64,000 bases of DNA from an uncultured Gammaproteobacteria bacterium (GTDB lineage: Bacteria; Patescibacteriota; Microgenomatia; Levybacterales; UBA12049), in contig CAZILC010000002.1 in assembly GCA_964540055.1 (NCBI GenBank), positions 5,663-69,662 on the forward strand, written 5' to 3'. Position numbers and translations under genes: made by a program. Numbering within the stretch: the first letter of the stretch is position 1; every line of letters starts with the position of its first letter. The notes under the pieces were generated by a model that made no database searches, was not told the DNA's origin, and saw only the letters and a list, made by a program, of their open reading frames with translations. This document shows positions 1 to 11,083 of the stretch, in pieces.

Positions 1-55
1 ACTTTTGCCATATTCGTATAATACTAAAGTAGAGGCACGATTGGAAGAGTGAAGA

Positions 56-1045
<990 letters not shown>

Positions 1046-1061
1046 TTAATATTTTTCTATA

Positions 1062-2021
1062 CTACACTATCTTTCTCCAATAGTCTAGTATGTCTTCAAG
1101 GGTATTTTCAAAGGGAATCGTAGGTTCCCATCCGGTAAGTTTTTGAAATTTCGAACTGTCACATCTGATTTCCGGAACATCAATAGGCCTAAATCTTGCC
1201 TCATCTACCTTAACAGTAATTTTCTTTGAAGAAAATGATAAAAGTGTTTGCAATACATCTTCAATTTTATGGGAAACGCCTGAACCGAGATTATAAACTT
1301 CACCCGAAATTCCTTTTTCTATAGCTAATCTATACGCTTTTACCATATCTCGCACATCAGTAAAATCACGCTTCGCTTGTAAATTCCCCACAATGATCTC
1401 AGTGTCTTTTTCACCTTTTTCTATTTCAGCGATTTGTTTGGCAAAGTCTGAAACTACGTAGCCTTCCTTTTGTCCCGGGCCGATATGATTGTAGGGACGA
1501 AGACGAACGATATCTAATTTATAGGCAAGATAATGTTGATAACTTAAAAAATCCTGTGCGATCTTGGAGACTGCATACGGCGTTGCAGGCCGAAGTGGAG
1601 TATTTTCATCAACCGGGATATCTGAAGGAGTAATAACGCCATAAATATCAGCGGATGAAATAATCACCACGCGCACATGTTCCATTTTATGTTGTTTTAT
1701 CGTATCCAGTAATGAAAATTCGGAAACAATATTGTTGGTAAATGTCTCAACAGGATGAGAAAAACTTTTTGAAGGTGACGCTTGTGCTGCTAGATGAAAA
1801 ATGACATCAGGTTTTGTAGTAAGAATCAGTGATTCGACGTCTTTTGCATCATTTAAATCTACTTTTTTAAGGACAATCTGATCTTTAATTTCGTCAAGTG
1901 TTTCAATGCTTGATTCCGAACGAAAGGTGCCGATTAATTCATAGGATTTATCAATTAGGAGATGGTTAGAAAGGTGTTTGCCTACAAAGCCGGTAACGCC
2001 GGTGATTAGTACTTTTTTCAT
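1062..2021 (-). CDS. NAD-dependent epimerase/dehydratase, probable GDP-4-keto-6-deoxy-D-mannose reductase (Rmd-like)
   Basis: 319-aa extended SDR with 'ITGVTGFVGKHL' and a YxxxK motif ('PYAVSKIAQ'). It sits immediately downstream of gmd. The SDR family call is firm; the substrate is inferred from context. Confidence 0.65.
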   Translation of the reverse strand: MKKVLITGVTGFVGKHLSNHLLIDKSYELIGTFRSESSIETLDEIKDQIVLKKVDLNDAKDVESLILTTKPDVIFHLAAQASPSKSFSHPVETFTNNIVSEFSLLDTIKQHKMEHVRVVIISSADIYGVITPSDIPVDENTPLRPATPYAVSKIAQDFLSYQHYLAYKLDIVRLRPYNHIGPGQKEGYVVSDFAKQIAEIEKGEKDTEIIVGNLQAKRDFTDVRDMVKAYRLAIEKGISGEVYNLGSGVSHKIEDVLQTLLSFSSKKITVKVDEARFRPIDVPEIRCDSSKFQKLTGWEPTIPFENTLEDILDYWRKIV

Positions 2022-2030
2022 GGAAAATGC

Positions 2031-3359
2031 TTAACTTCGACCAACTCCAATATAGGTAAAGCCAAGTTTTCGAACATCTTCAGGATTAAAGATATTGCGT
2101 CCATCAACAAGATATGGTGATTTCATAAGTTTTTTCACTTTTTTAAGATCAATTTCTTTAAATTCATTCCATTCTGTAACCAAAATACAAAGATCTGCAT
2201 CTTTTACCGCCGTATAGGCATCTTTAACAAAAGAAATTCCACTTACCTGAGCAAAAATCCTTTTTGCATTGTCCATCGCGATTGGGTCATACACATTAAC
2301 CAATGCCCCTTCTTCTACCAAATCTTTAATAATAGTAATTGCTGGAGCATCACGCATGTCATCAGTATTTGGTTTAAAAGCTAAACCCAAAACTGCAACT
2401 GTCTTTTTTCTCATTTTTTGATTTAAGAGATTTCTCGCTTTTTTAACAATTGAGAACATCATATCCTTATTTATCTCTTCAACATCTTTGAGAAGCCGGA
2501 AATCATATCCGAGACCTTTTGCGATTTCAATAAGTGCGCGTACATCTTTGGGGAAACAGCTGCCGCCATAGCCTGCACCAGCTTGCAGGAATAAATTGCC
2601 AATGCGCTTATCAAGTCCCATTCCTTCAAGCACATCTATACCATCGGCACCTGCCAGCTCTGAAATGTGTGCAATCGCGTTAGCATATGAGATTTTCGTT
2701 GCTAGAAATGCGTTTGACGCGTATTTGATCATTTCAGCGGTTGGAATATTTGTGTCAATTAATTTTGTACCACCTGGGACTTTATCATTATTGAGAATTG
2801 GTTCATGCAATTTTTTAAGCAAATCCCCGGCTCTTTTCGCGTTGGTTCCAATAACTACCCGATCAGGATAAAAAGTATCCGAAAGTGCTTGTCCTTCCCG
2901 CAAGAATTCAGGTACTGAAGCATAATCAAATTGTGCGGTTTCAGGTTTTACTTCATTGATAATTTCCCGTACCTTTTCGTTTGTGGCAACGGGAACAGTA
3001 CTTTTGGTTGCGACTACTGAATAGCCATCAAGATGCCGACCGATCTGTTCGGCAACATCCAAAACAACCGAAAGATTTGCTTCACCATTCGATTTTGGCG
3101 GTGTACCAACAGCAATAAATATGGCATCCGACTGCGGAATTGCTTCATCATAATCCATGGTAAATAATAATCGCTTTGCTGCAATATTTTTCTTGACCAG
3201 CTCTTCGAGTCCTGGTTCATATATGGGGATTATTCCTTTTTTGAGGTTATTAACTTTTTCTGGTGTGTGGCCGATAACCCAAACGGTATTTCCTAAATCA
3301 GCAAAAACAGCTGCGCTTACTAATCCAACATATCCGTGTCCAACAAAAGTTATTATCAT
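2031..3359 (-). CDS. ugd: UDP-glucose 6-dehydrogenase
   Basis: 442 aa with N-terminal 'FVGHGYVGLVSAAVFADLG' and the catalytic-Cys motif 'GYGGSCFPKDVRAL'. Confidence 0.9.
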   Translation of the reverse strand: MIITFVGHGYVGLVSAAVFADLGNTVWVIGHTPEKVNNLKKGIIPIYEPGLEELVKKNIAAKRLLFTMDYDEAIPQSDAIFIAVGTPPKSNGEANLSVVLDVAEQIGRHLDGYSVVATKSTVPVATNEKVREIINEVKPETAQFDYASVPEFLREGQALSDTFYPDRVVIGTNAKRAGDLLKKLHEPILNNDKVPGGTKLIDTNIPTAEMIKYASNAFLATKISYANAIAHISELAGADGIDVLEGMGLDKRIGNLFLQAGAGYGGSCFPKDVRALIEIAKGLGYDFRLLKDVEEINKDMMFSIVKKARNLLNQKMRKKTVAVLGLAFKPNTDDMRDAPAITIIKDLVEEGALVNVYDPIAMDNAKRIFAQVSGISFVKDAYTAVKDADLCILVTEWNEFKEIDLKKVKKLMKSPYLVDGRNIFNPEDVRKLGFTYIGVGRS

Positions 3360-3361
3360 AA

Positions 3362-4249
3362 TTAATTAAAAACTTTATCCAATCCTTCTTCAAACGTTCT
3401 CATTTTTACTCCTAATTGTGTTATTTTAACATTGTTTATCGAAAGATTAAAGGCCCTAGACGCTTTTCCTTTATACAGCTCTTCGCGAGATATTTTAGTG
3501 ATAAGATTTTTATCATAGTGGAACTTGTCAGCCATTAGCATAAATGCGTCATAGGGGCTCAAACTTTGACTTCCTACGACATGATAGATCCCTTCAGCCT
3601 TTTTACTAATGATCGTATCTATTGCATATGCTATATCATCAATAAAAGTCGGCGTCATAATATGATCTGTAACAGCAGTTAATGGCATATTTTTTGAAAG
3701 TCGATTCATAATCGCATGAACAAAATCATTTTTCAGTTCAAATGGATCTGCCCGGAATGGATAGCCAATTCGAATAATGGTATAGGGAACACCTGAGCGC
3801 TGAACTTCAAGTTCTCCTTTATATTTTGTCGTTGCATACCAATTGACCGGATTTGGTTCATCGTCTTCTTTATATTTGTATGGCGGTTCCTTTTTCCCAT
3901 CAAAAACATAATCAGTTGAGATATAAAGCAGTTTTTTATTCCCAGCTTTTGCCGCTTCTGCAACATTTCGAGTTCCTAAAACATTTATTTTATACGCTGC
4001 TCCATCCTCTCCCAGTACTTTATCCTTTTCGCATCCTTCAACATCAGTTTTTGCTGCAATGTGTAAGACGACATCATGTTCTGTGTCTTTTCGAATAACG
4101 TCCAAACTTGTTGGATCCGTTATATCAACCCCATTGGTAAGACTCAAATCATCAACTGCATAATCACTAGAAACAAGTTTTTTGTCCTGAAGTATTTCAA
4201 CGATTTTTGTACCGACAAGTCCTGATCCGCCTATTGTATAAATTTTCAT
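3362..4249 (-). CDS. rfbD: dTDP-4-dehydrorhamnose reductase
   Basis: 295 aa with 'GGSGLVG', the RmlD hallmark 'STDYVFDG' and the YxxxK motif 'YATTKYKGE'. Confidence 0.78.
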   Translation of the reverse strand: MKIYTIGGSGLVGTKIVEILQDKKLVSSDYAVDDLSLTNGVDITDPTSLDVIRKDTEHDVVLHIAAKTDVEGCEKDKVLGEDGAAYKINVLGTRNVAEAAKAGNKKLLYISTDYVFDGKKEPPYKYKEDDEPNPVNWYATTKYKGELEVQRSGVPYTIIRIGYPFRADPFELKNDFVHAIMNRLSKNMPLTAVTDHIMTPTFIDDIAYAIDTIISKKAEGIYHVVGSQSLSPYDAFMLMADKFHYDKNLITKISREELYKGKASRAFNLSINNVKITQLGVKMRTFEEGLDKVFN

Positions 4250-4250
4250 A

Positions 4251-4775
4251 TTATAATTTCCCCTCTTTTTTTAAACGATCAAATAATAATAATGCTGCAA
4301 TTGAAGTTGAAATTTTTATTTCACCCTCATCTATTTTCTGTAACACTTTATGTATTGGTAGTTTTATTATCTCTATTTCTTCATCCAAATCAAGTTGTTG
4401 TTTGTGTTCTTCCAATTCTGTGGCAACAAAAACTAGTACTTTTGACTGCATATTCGCTGATAATTCCCATTCAGCGATTTTAACCCATTTTTTAGCCACC
4501 AATCCTGCTTCTTCCAGTAATTCACGTTTTGCAGTCTCCAACGGATCGTCATCTCCTTCAATCTTTCCTGCAACTACTTCAAGAAATTTTTTTTCAAAGG
4601 CATCACGATATTGTGACTCAATATAAATCTCATCTTTAGTATATGGAATAATAAAGACTGTTGGAGTTCTCTCAACAAAATCCTTAGTAAAAATTTTCCC
4701 GTTTCTTTTAACTTCTTTCTGGACAACTTTAAAATATTTTGCAGTATAAACAGTTTTCGTTGAAAGTACACTCAT
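4251..4775 (-). CDS. NUDIX hydrolase
   Basis: 174 aa with the Nudix box 'GKIEGDDDPLETAKRELLEEAGL'. It lies between rfbD and rfbB, so a sugar-nucleotide substrate is plausible. Confidence 0.8.
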   Translation of the reverse strand: MSVLSTKTVYTAKYFKVVQKEVKRNGKIFTKDFVERTPTVFIIPYTKDEIYIESQYRDAFEKKFLEVVAGKIEGDDDPLETAKRELLEEAGLVAKKWVKIAEWELSANMQSKVLVFVATELEEHKQQLDLDEEIEIIKLPIHKVLQKIDEGEIKISTSIAALLLFDRLKKEGKL

Positions 4776-4781
4776 CAGGAA

Positions 4782-5807
4782 TTATAACTGATCCGTATCT
4801 CCTCCCAAATTATTGCGGAGAATGTCCTGATAATCTTCTGCCTTGATTTTTTCCCACCAGGACCTATTCTCAGAATACCAGGTAATAGTCTTTTCAAGCC
4901 ATACATCAAGATCATGGAGAGGTTCCCATCCAAGTTCTTTATGAATCTTGGACCAATCAATATCATATTTTCTATCATTTCCGGGACGATCCTTAACAAA
5001 CTTAATTTCATCTTCAGTCTTTCCCATAATTTTAAGAATACTTTTAACAACATCATAATTTGAAATACCTTTATTCATCCCTCCTACCAAATAGGTTTCA
5101 CCGATTTTCCCCTTTTTGAGAATTGCTTCAATTGCGCGGACATGATCTTCGACATATAACCAGTCACGGACATTTTTCCCATCACCATGCAGCGGAACCT
5201 TTTTCCCTTCGAGCAAATTGGTAATTGCAATTGGAATCAATTTTTCAGGATACATCGCCGGCCCGTAATTATTGCTACAGTTGCTGATAGTTATTGGCAA
5301 TCCATACGTTCGTTCATATGCTCGTACCAGATGATCTGATCCAGCTTTTGTAGCTGAATACGGACTTGAAGGTTCATAACGAGTCTCTTCAGTAAACTGA
5401 GCTGGCTCATTCAAATCCAGACTTCCGAACACTTCATCTGTTGAAACATGATGAAAATGTTTTACATTATGCTTCTTTGCCGCATCCAAAAGTGTATAGG
5501 TGCCGACAACATTGGTATGAATAAACGGCAGAGGATCCATAATCGAGCGGTCCACATGGGTTTCTGCTGCGAAGTGGACTACTAAATCAACTCCCCGCAT
5601 AACCTCATCAACAATCTCTCCATTACAAATATCGGCACAAACAAAAGAATAATTGGCATTTTCCTGAACTCCTTCAAGATTTACGATATTCGCGGCATAG
5701 GTTAATTTATCAATATTTATTATTTTGTCGTCGGGATGATTTTGCATCCAGTAGAGAATAAAATGAGAGCCAATAAAACCGGCTCCCCCGGTGACGAGTA
5801 TTTTCAT
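4782..5807 (-). CDS. rfbB: dTDP-glucose 4,6-dehydratase
   Basis: 341 aa with 'VTGGAGFIGSHF' and 'SPYSATKAGSDHLVRAY'. Confidence 0.93.
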   Translation of the reverse strand: MKILVTGGAGFIGSHFILYWMQNHPDDKIINIDKLTYAANIVNLEGVQENANYSFVCADICNGEIVDEVMRGVDLVVHFAAETHVDRSIMDPLPFIHTNVVGTYTLLDAAKKHNVKHFHHVSTDEVFGSLDLNEPAQFTEETRYEPSSPYSATKAGSDHLVRAYERTYGLPITISNCSNNYGPAMYPEKLIPIAITNLLEGKKVPLHGDGKNVRDWLYVEDHVRAIEAILKKGKIGETYLVGGMNKGISNYDVVKSILKIMGKTEDEIKFVKDRPGNDRKYDIDWSKIHKELGWEPLHDLDVWLEKTITWYSENRSWWEKIKAEDYQDILRNNLGGDTDQL

Positions 5808-5881
5808 AAGAGGTTCAGTTTATCTTACACGTTGTAATTTTCTTTGTCAATTGATGTTGTTAAGTATATGAAAAGCTAAAC

Positions 5882-5910
5882 TTGAGTTTCAAAAAGACGA
5901 TTGTTATAAT
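5882..5910 (+). promoter_or_regulatory. sigma70-like promoter of rfbC
   Basis: TTGAGT (5882-5887), a 17-nt spacer, then TATAAT (5905-5910). The first ATG at 5917 is only 6 nt downstream. Confidence 0.5.
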
Positions 5911-5916
5911 CTGTGT

Positions 5917-6549
5917 ATGCACAACCCCTACCAATTGGCCATGGAACCTGATAACCCCGACTGGCCAACAATGATAAAGACTACTCAAATTCCAGGCCTT
6001 CTTATTTATGAACGAGAAACGTTCAGTGACAATCGAGGATTTTTCCGAGAAGCTGTAGAGCTTCGAGACCTTGAAAAAGTGTTGGGCAAAAAAATCTCTA
6101 TCACGCAATGGAATCATTCGCAATCTCATCCGAAGGTCATCCGAGGTTTTCATTCTGAACCATGGGAAAAAATGATTTATGTAGCCAAAGGAAATGTCAT
6201 GTCTGTCATTATCGATTTTCGCGTGGACTCACCTGCTTTTGGAAAAGCAGTTAAAATTTTGCTTGGAGAAAACGATCGCAAAACGGTATATCTACCCAAA
6301 GGCATGGGAAATTCTTTCTGCAATCTTGGAGAAGATGACGCCGAGTATCTCTATCTTATTACCGGCTACTTTGAAAACAAACCAACGCCGGCAGTTAACT
6401 GGAACGATCCTGTTTTAACCAAACAATTCGGTGGTTGGCCGATTGAACATCCTATTGTGAGTGAAAAAGATCTCAACTATCCGACATTGAAAGAAAAATT
6501 TGGTAGTGAAGTAGATTTTTCGAAATTTCCCTGGTTGAAGGAAGAATAA
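5917..6549 (+). CDS. rfbC: dTDP-4-dehydrorhamnose 3,5-epimerase
   Basis: 210 aa with 'IPGLLIYERETFSDNRGFFRE', typical of RmlC. The conserved region starts at an internal Met (nt 5971), so the true start could be 5917 or 5971. Confidence 0.9.
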   Translation: MHNPYQLAMEPDNPDWPTMIKTTQIPGLLIYERETFSDNRGFFREAVELRDLEKVLGKKISITQWNHSQSHPKVIRGFHSEPWEKMIYVAKGNVMSVIIDFRVDSPAFGKAVKILLGENDRKTVYLPKGMGNSFCNLGEDDAEYLYLITGYFENKPTPAVNWNDPVLTKQFGGWPIEHPIVSEKDLNYPTLKEKFGSEVDFSKFPWLKEE

Positions 6550-6552
6550 ATT

Positions 6553-7509
6553 TCAATTTGATACTTTCAAACCGGCAAGAGTCTTTTTCTCCTTATAATT
6601 AATCCCTTCAAACATAATCCATTTTACTATTGCTGGGAACTGTTTCTCATAATTTTTCTTATAAAAAATCTTCATTGCTTTAAAGCGAGCTTTTTGCAGC
6701 ATGAGTTTTGTAGCAACATTTGCTTTGGTGATATTTTGTGTTTTCTTTTTAATGCCGCTCGTCGCGCCTCCAATATGCATAATACTCACTTCTCCGATAT
6801 AATAAATTTTATAACCAAGTTTTCTGATATCATAGCAGAACTGTAAATCCTCACCATAAAAGAAATAGTCTTCATCCCACCAGCCGACTTTTTTACCAAC
6901 CTCAAACGGCATTATCATAAAAGCACCCTCAATTGCATCAACTTCATGGTTGGTTTTCAAATCCTTCCACCCCTGTGTGTAACCGGCAAAAAGTTTGCTG
7001 TGTGGAAAAAGCCTTTGTAAACCCGAAAAATAACAAAAAGATGCCCACGGTGTCGGGAAACCACGGTGACAGTTGAAATCAAGTTCCCCGTCTTTGTTAA
7101 TTAATTTGCATGTTGCGGTACCCACATCCGGATGAGACTTCATAAAATTAAGCATATACGTTAACGTTTTGGGATATACTATAGTATCAGAATTGAGAAA
7201 TAAAACGTACTTTCCTGTTGCATAAGGAATGCCTTTATTATTCCCTGCCGAAAAACCAATATTGCCACCGTTATCGTTATAATGAAGTGTTTTTATTTTG
7301 CTTTTTTTGTGATATTCCTTTATTGTTTTTTCTGTTTCTTTACTTGAGGCATTATCCGTGACAATAATTTCAAATGAACCATCTGATACTTCTTTAGGAT
7401 AATTTTTTTCAATAGATTGGATTGCATCAAGAGTAATTTGATCCGAATTATAGGTAAGAATAATAACTGATAAATCCGCTTGAGCCATAGTTATTTTTGT
7501 ATTATACAA
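6553..7509 (-). CDS. family 2 glycosyltransferase
   Basis: 318 aa with 'VIILTYNS', 'VTDNASS' and 'LFLNSDT' (GT-A fold, DxD-type motif). Confidence 0.85.
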   Translation of the reverse strand: MYNTKITMAQADLSVIILTYNSDQITLDAIQSIEKNYPKEVSDGSFEIIVTDNASSKETEKTIKEYHKKSKIKTLHYNDNGGNIGFSAGNNKGIPYATGKYVLFLNSDTIVYPKTLTYMLNFMKSHPDVGTATCKLINKDGELDFNCHRGFPTPWASFCYFSGLQRLFPHSKLFAGYTQGWKDLKTNHEVDAIEGAFMIMPFEVGKKVGWWDEDYFFYGEDLQFCYDIRKLGYKIYYIGEVSIMHIGGATSGIKKKTQNITKANVATKLMLQKARFKAMKIFYKKNYEKQFPAIVKWIMFEGINYKEKKTLAGLKVSN

Positions 7510-7520
7510 AGAAAAACAAA

Positions 7521-7865
7521 TTATTGTTTGGGTTTAACAGGTTCACTTTCTTGATATTTACTGTAATCCTTAAAAATTTCAATAATACTACAACAGATAT
7601 AAAAGAAGAAAAATATAAACCACACAAAAATAATATTTATGTATAAAGCAATAAGAGAAGTCGTGTCAGGAACATTACAGACATTACTCACTCCTGTTTG
7701 CGTACATGGAGTTAAATAAAAAGGTACAGGATATAATGTGCCGTGTCTCACAAATACATACATATACGTGGAGACAATAAAAGCTGCCACAAAAGAAATC
7801 ACAACCTTACTTCCGAAAATTCCTTTCATAATTTTAGTATGCTCAGTGTGACATTCCTTTGTCAA
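7521..7865 (-). CDS. small integral membrane protein, unknown function
   Basis: 114 aa with two or three hydrophobic helices. I recognise no family. Confidence 0.4.
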   Translation of the reverse strand: MTKECHTEHTKIMKGIFGSKVVISFVAAFIVSTYMYVFVRHGTLYPVPFYLTPCTQTGVSNVCNVPDTTSLIALYINIIFVWFIFFFFYICCSIIEIFKDYSKYQESEPVKPKQ

Positions 7866-7883
7866 GAGATGGGTCTAACTACT

Positions 7884-7911
7884 TTGTTTTCTATGAGAAT
7901 CACACTATAAT
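7884..7911 (+). promoter_or_regulatory. sigma70-like promoter of the GT2 gene
   Basis: TTGTTT, a 16-nt spacer, then TATAAT (7906-7911). The ATG at 7922 is 10 nt downstream. Confidence 0.35.
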
Positions 7912-7921
7912 AAAGAGGCTC

Positions 7922-8851
7922 ATGAAAAAGGTTATTGTTGTGACAGTAAATTTTAATACAGCAGAGGACACAACTGCTTTTTTGCATTCACTCAAACATG
8001 TTAAAACACCAAATTTTGAGATAGAAACAATTGTTGTTGATAACGGCTCAAAAGAGAAATATAAACTTCCGGAAAATCTCAAACATACGACACTCATTAG
8101 ATCTGAAACGAATACCGGATTTTCCGGCGGGTACAATATTGGGATGAGAGAAGCGCTAAGGAATGGCGCCGATTATATTTTAATTGTAAACAATGATACT
8201 GAAATGGATCCGGATATGATAACCAATCTCCTAAAAGTCCTTGAAAGTGATCCCAAAATCGGTCTTACGGCACCAAAAATTTATTTTGCAAAAGGACATG
8301 AATTCCACAAAGATAGATACAAACCTCAGGAATTAGGTAAAGTGTTCTGGTTTGCAGGCGGACATACAGACTGGAACAATGTGATGAGTATTCATCGGGG
8401 AATTGATGAAGTTGATCATGGGCAATATGACAAGACTGAAGAAATCGATTTTGCATCCGGCTGCTGTATGATGTTCAAGCGAGTTGTACTTGAGAAAGTC
8501 GGACTCCTGGATGATAGATATTTTCTTTATTATGAAGACGCAGATTTGAATGAGAGAGTCAAAAGGGGCGGCTATAAAATCTATTATGTACCATCTGCCA
8601 AACTCATTCACATCAATGCCGCCTCAACGGGCGGCGCAGGAAATGTTCTGCATGATTATTTTATCTCACGAAACAAAATGCTCTTCGGCATGACCTATGC
8701 CCCGGCGAGAGCCAAACTCGCGTTGATTCGAGAAAGCCTAAGACTTCTTAGAACTGGGAGACCATTTCAAAAGCTCGCAATAAGAGACTACTATTTACGA
8801 AGATTTAATAAAGGAACGTATTTTGAAGAGAGAGCAAAAATAAAAAATTAA
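7922..8851 (+). CDS. family 2 glycosyltransferase (rhamnosyltransferase-like)
   Basis: The start is moved to the internal ATG at 7922, where the conserved N-terminus 'MKKVIVVTVNFNT' begins. Also 'VVDNGS' and 'IVNNDTEM'. Confidence 0.85.
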   Translation: MKKVIVVTVNFNTAEDTTAFLHSLKHVKTPNFEIETIVVDNGSKEKYKLPENLKHTTLIRSETNTGFSGGYNIGMREALRNGADYILIVNNDTEMDPDMITNLLKVLESDPKIGLTAPKIYFAKGHEFHKDRYKPQELGKVFWFAGGHTDWNNVMSIHRGIDEVDHGQYDKTEEIDFASGCCMMFKRVVLEKVGLLDDRYFLYYEDADLNERVKRGGYKIYYVPSAKLIHINAASTGGAGNVLHDYFISRNKMLFGMTYAPARAKLALIRESLRLLRTGRPFQKLAIRDYYLRRFNKGTYFEERAKIKN

Positions 8852-10119
8852 GCCGCTTTAGCACCGTTTATGACTGTAACCAAACGAGGTGCCATAACAG
8901 TCGCATTTGGAGAACGGTATGATCGAGGACCTCTAAAAGCAGTTACAACTTCAGTTGTCGTATTGTTTGCGTCCGGATTACCAAACTTGACGAGCACCGG
9001 GTTATTTTCACCTAATGATATAGCTGTTACTCTTAATGGACCTGTACCGACCTCATTAAGTGTAGCATCTCCTACTGTAGCAACCAAGCTATTTGGGCCA
9101 ACTAATGCAACCTCATCCGCTTCAACATTTCCACCCACGATATCAGCATCTACCTTTGCATGGTCTACAGTTACGTCACCACCTGTTTTGATATGTATTG
9201 AAAGTGGCTCTTGTGCATCCACTGGTACTGGTTCTGTTTGCTCCTCCCTTTTCGGTGGTAGACCAGTTATATGAGTACTACCTCCACTAGTACCTTCTCT
9301 ATATGTACCTTTAGGTTCCCACATTTTGACCTTAACTGTCCCTCCTGTTACCATTGTCTCTCCAACAACTGCATATCCTAAAAGACTTCCTTCCTGAGCA
9401 ATCTCATTTATTGAATCAGCTGTGACTCTATCAAGTACTACTTGACCTTGATCAGTATGTGTTCGCAAAACTTCTCCTTCTTCTGCTCTTGATGAGCTAA
9501 CTGCAATTTCTCCGGTAACAGTTCTTAAGTTACTCCCAGCAAGTAATACCTTACTCACGCTAATTTTTTCGTCTTGAGTACTTAGATCTAATGCAGTAGG
9601 CACACTTTCAGGAACAAATGCGGCAACTTCTACCCTTGGGGCAAACAACCTACCGATAGCTCCTAAAGGCCGTTTGCGAATGCTAACTTGAGGATTTCCA
9701 TCCGCATCATCAGTAACGGTTATCCTATCTACTAATGCATCATGCCTTCTTCGAGCTCTTTCTGCCGACAATGCTTTAATCCTCGCACGAACAATAACTT
9801 TAGTTATTGGTGGTTGGTTAACTTCCGCGGTATCTTGTAATGGTGCAGTACCTTCCGTCTCAACCTGTGAGGGGACACCATCTTGAGCAGCTTCCTTTGA
9901 AAATATATTTTTTCCTATTACACCTACTGGTCCAGCAAAATTTGAGATACTCACTCTTCTGTGAGGAACGGGGGTAGAATCAGGCTCAACTTTAGGAGAA
10001 AATGAAAATGTTTGTTGTACAGTTAGTTCTCTATTACCTTTTCCTTTTTCCCAAGGCTTAAGAACTTGCAATGATACTGCTCTAGTAGTAGGATTTTCTG
10101 CACCTCTTGTTACTGCCAT
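8848..10119 (-). CDS. hypothetical protein (orphan A); C-terminal region has a beta-helix-like G/V/D periodicity
   Basis: Uninterrupted 423-aa ORF with no TM segment or signal peptide. It is R/G/P/T/V-rich, unlike its neighbours. The C-terminus reads 'GGDVTVDHAKVDADIVGGNVEADEVALVGPNSLVATVGDATLNEV'. It has its own upstream promoter-like boxes. Confidence 0.6.
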   Translation of the reverse strand: MAVTRGAENPTTRAVSLQVLKPWEKGKGNRELTVQQTFSFSPKVEPDSTPVPHRRVSISNFAGPVGVIGKNIFSKEAAQDGVPSQVETEGTAPLQDTAEVNQPPITKVIVRARIKALSAERARRRHDALVDRITVTDDADGNPQVSIRKRPLGAIGRLFAPRVEVAAFVPESVPTALDLSTQDEKISVSKVLLAGSNLRTVTGEIAVSSSRAEEGEVLRTHTDQGQVVLDRVTADSINEIAQEGSLLGYAVVGETMVTGGTVKVKMWEPKGTYREGTSGGSTHITGLPPKREEQTEPVPVDAQEPLSIHIKTGGDVTVDHAKVDADIVGGNVEADEVALVGPNSLVATVGDATLNEVGTGPLRVTAISLGENNPVLVKFGNPDANNTTTEVVTAFRGPRSYRSPNATVMAPRLVTVINGAKAA

Positions 10120-10156
10120 AGTTTAGCTCATAAAGATAGGCAGATCTTTTACCTGC

Positions 10157-10184
10157 ATTGTATCAGGAAAATTTTAATTTGCAA
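10157..10184 (-). promoter_or_regulatory. sigma70-like promoter of orphan A
   Basis: On the minus strand: TTGCAA (10184-10179), a 16-nt spacer, then TACAAT (10162-10157), about 37 nt upstream of the ATG at 10119. Confidence 0.4.
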
Positions 10185-10195
10185 TAGATGAGGAA

Positions 10196-11080
10196 TTATC
10201 TTAAAGTGTCCAGGGCTTGTTCGTAGGTATCAATAAGATACTGATTTTTTGTCGCTTTCCCAACTGCAATCAGACTTTTTGCTTTTGTCGCAAGCATAGA
10301 CCTTATCAAACGGTATTCTGATGGGGTGCGGTGTTTTTTATAAAAATATAAAAGATTCTTGTAGATATTTACAATGGCAAACGTTTTACTCGTACTTGCA
10401 TGTTCTTTATGCAAAACCATAACATCCGGATAAAAGTAAATATGCTTTCCTGCCAAATGAGCACGATAACAAATCTCCATATCCTCTGTATACATAAATA
10501 TTTTTTCATCAAACCCATGAATTTCCTCAAAATCCTCACGTCTGATCATAAGAAGTCCACCTTTCACCCAATCGACTTCCTGGATTGTTTTGGGACTTCG
10601 ATCGAGAAGTCCGAACCGTTGGCCTCCAGTGAGAAGGAGAAAGGCGTATTTTGGTGTATAAAATTTCCCCACCGATGCCTGAAGTGACCCGTCAAAGTTG
10701 CGCAGCTGTCCGCCTAGGATCGAAACTTTGGGGTGCTCCTTGAGATACTGCGCCATACGAGTCAAACCCTCATCCTTCACAACCGTGTCATTATTGAGAA
10801 ACAAAATAAACTCCCCTTTTGATTTTGCAGCACCCAGATTACACCCAGCACCAAAACCTGCATTCGTTGCATTCGCAACCACATGCATATTCTCAAAATG
10901 CTTTTCTTTTATCTCATTACGAATTGTCTCAACTGAATCATCCTGTGAATCATTATCAACAATGATAACTTCCATTTTATTATCCTGAAATTCAGATTTA
11001 TATTGCTCCCACAATGAAGTGATACAAGCAATCGTCAGGTCTTTCTTTTTATAATTTAACGTAACAATTGAAACTAACAT
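10196..11080 (-). CDS. family 2 glycosyltransferase
   Basis: 294 aa with 'VSIVTLNYKK', 'IVDNDSQD' and 'FLNNDTVV'. Confidence 0.85.
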   Translation of the reverse strand: MLVSIVTLNYKKKDLTIACITSLWEQYKSEFQDNKMEVIIVDNDSQDDSVETIRNEIKEKHFENMHVVANATNAGFGAGCNLGAAKSKGEFILFLNNDTVVKDEGLTRMAQYLKEHPKVSILGGQLRNFDGSLQASVGKFYTPKYAFLLLTGGQRFGLLDRSPKTIQEVDWVKGGLLMIRREDFEEIHGFDEKIFMYTEDMEICYRAHLAGKHIYFYPDVMVLHKEHASTSKTFAIVNIYKNLLYFYKKHRTPSEYRLIRSMLATKAKSLIAVGKATKNQYLIDTYEQALDTLR

Positions 11081-11083
11081 AAG

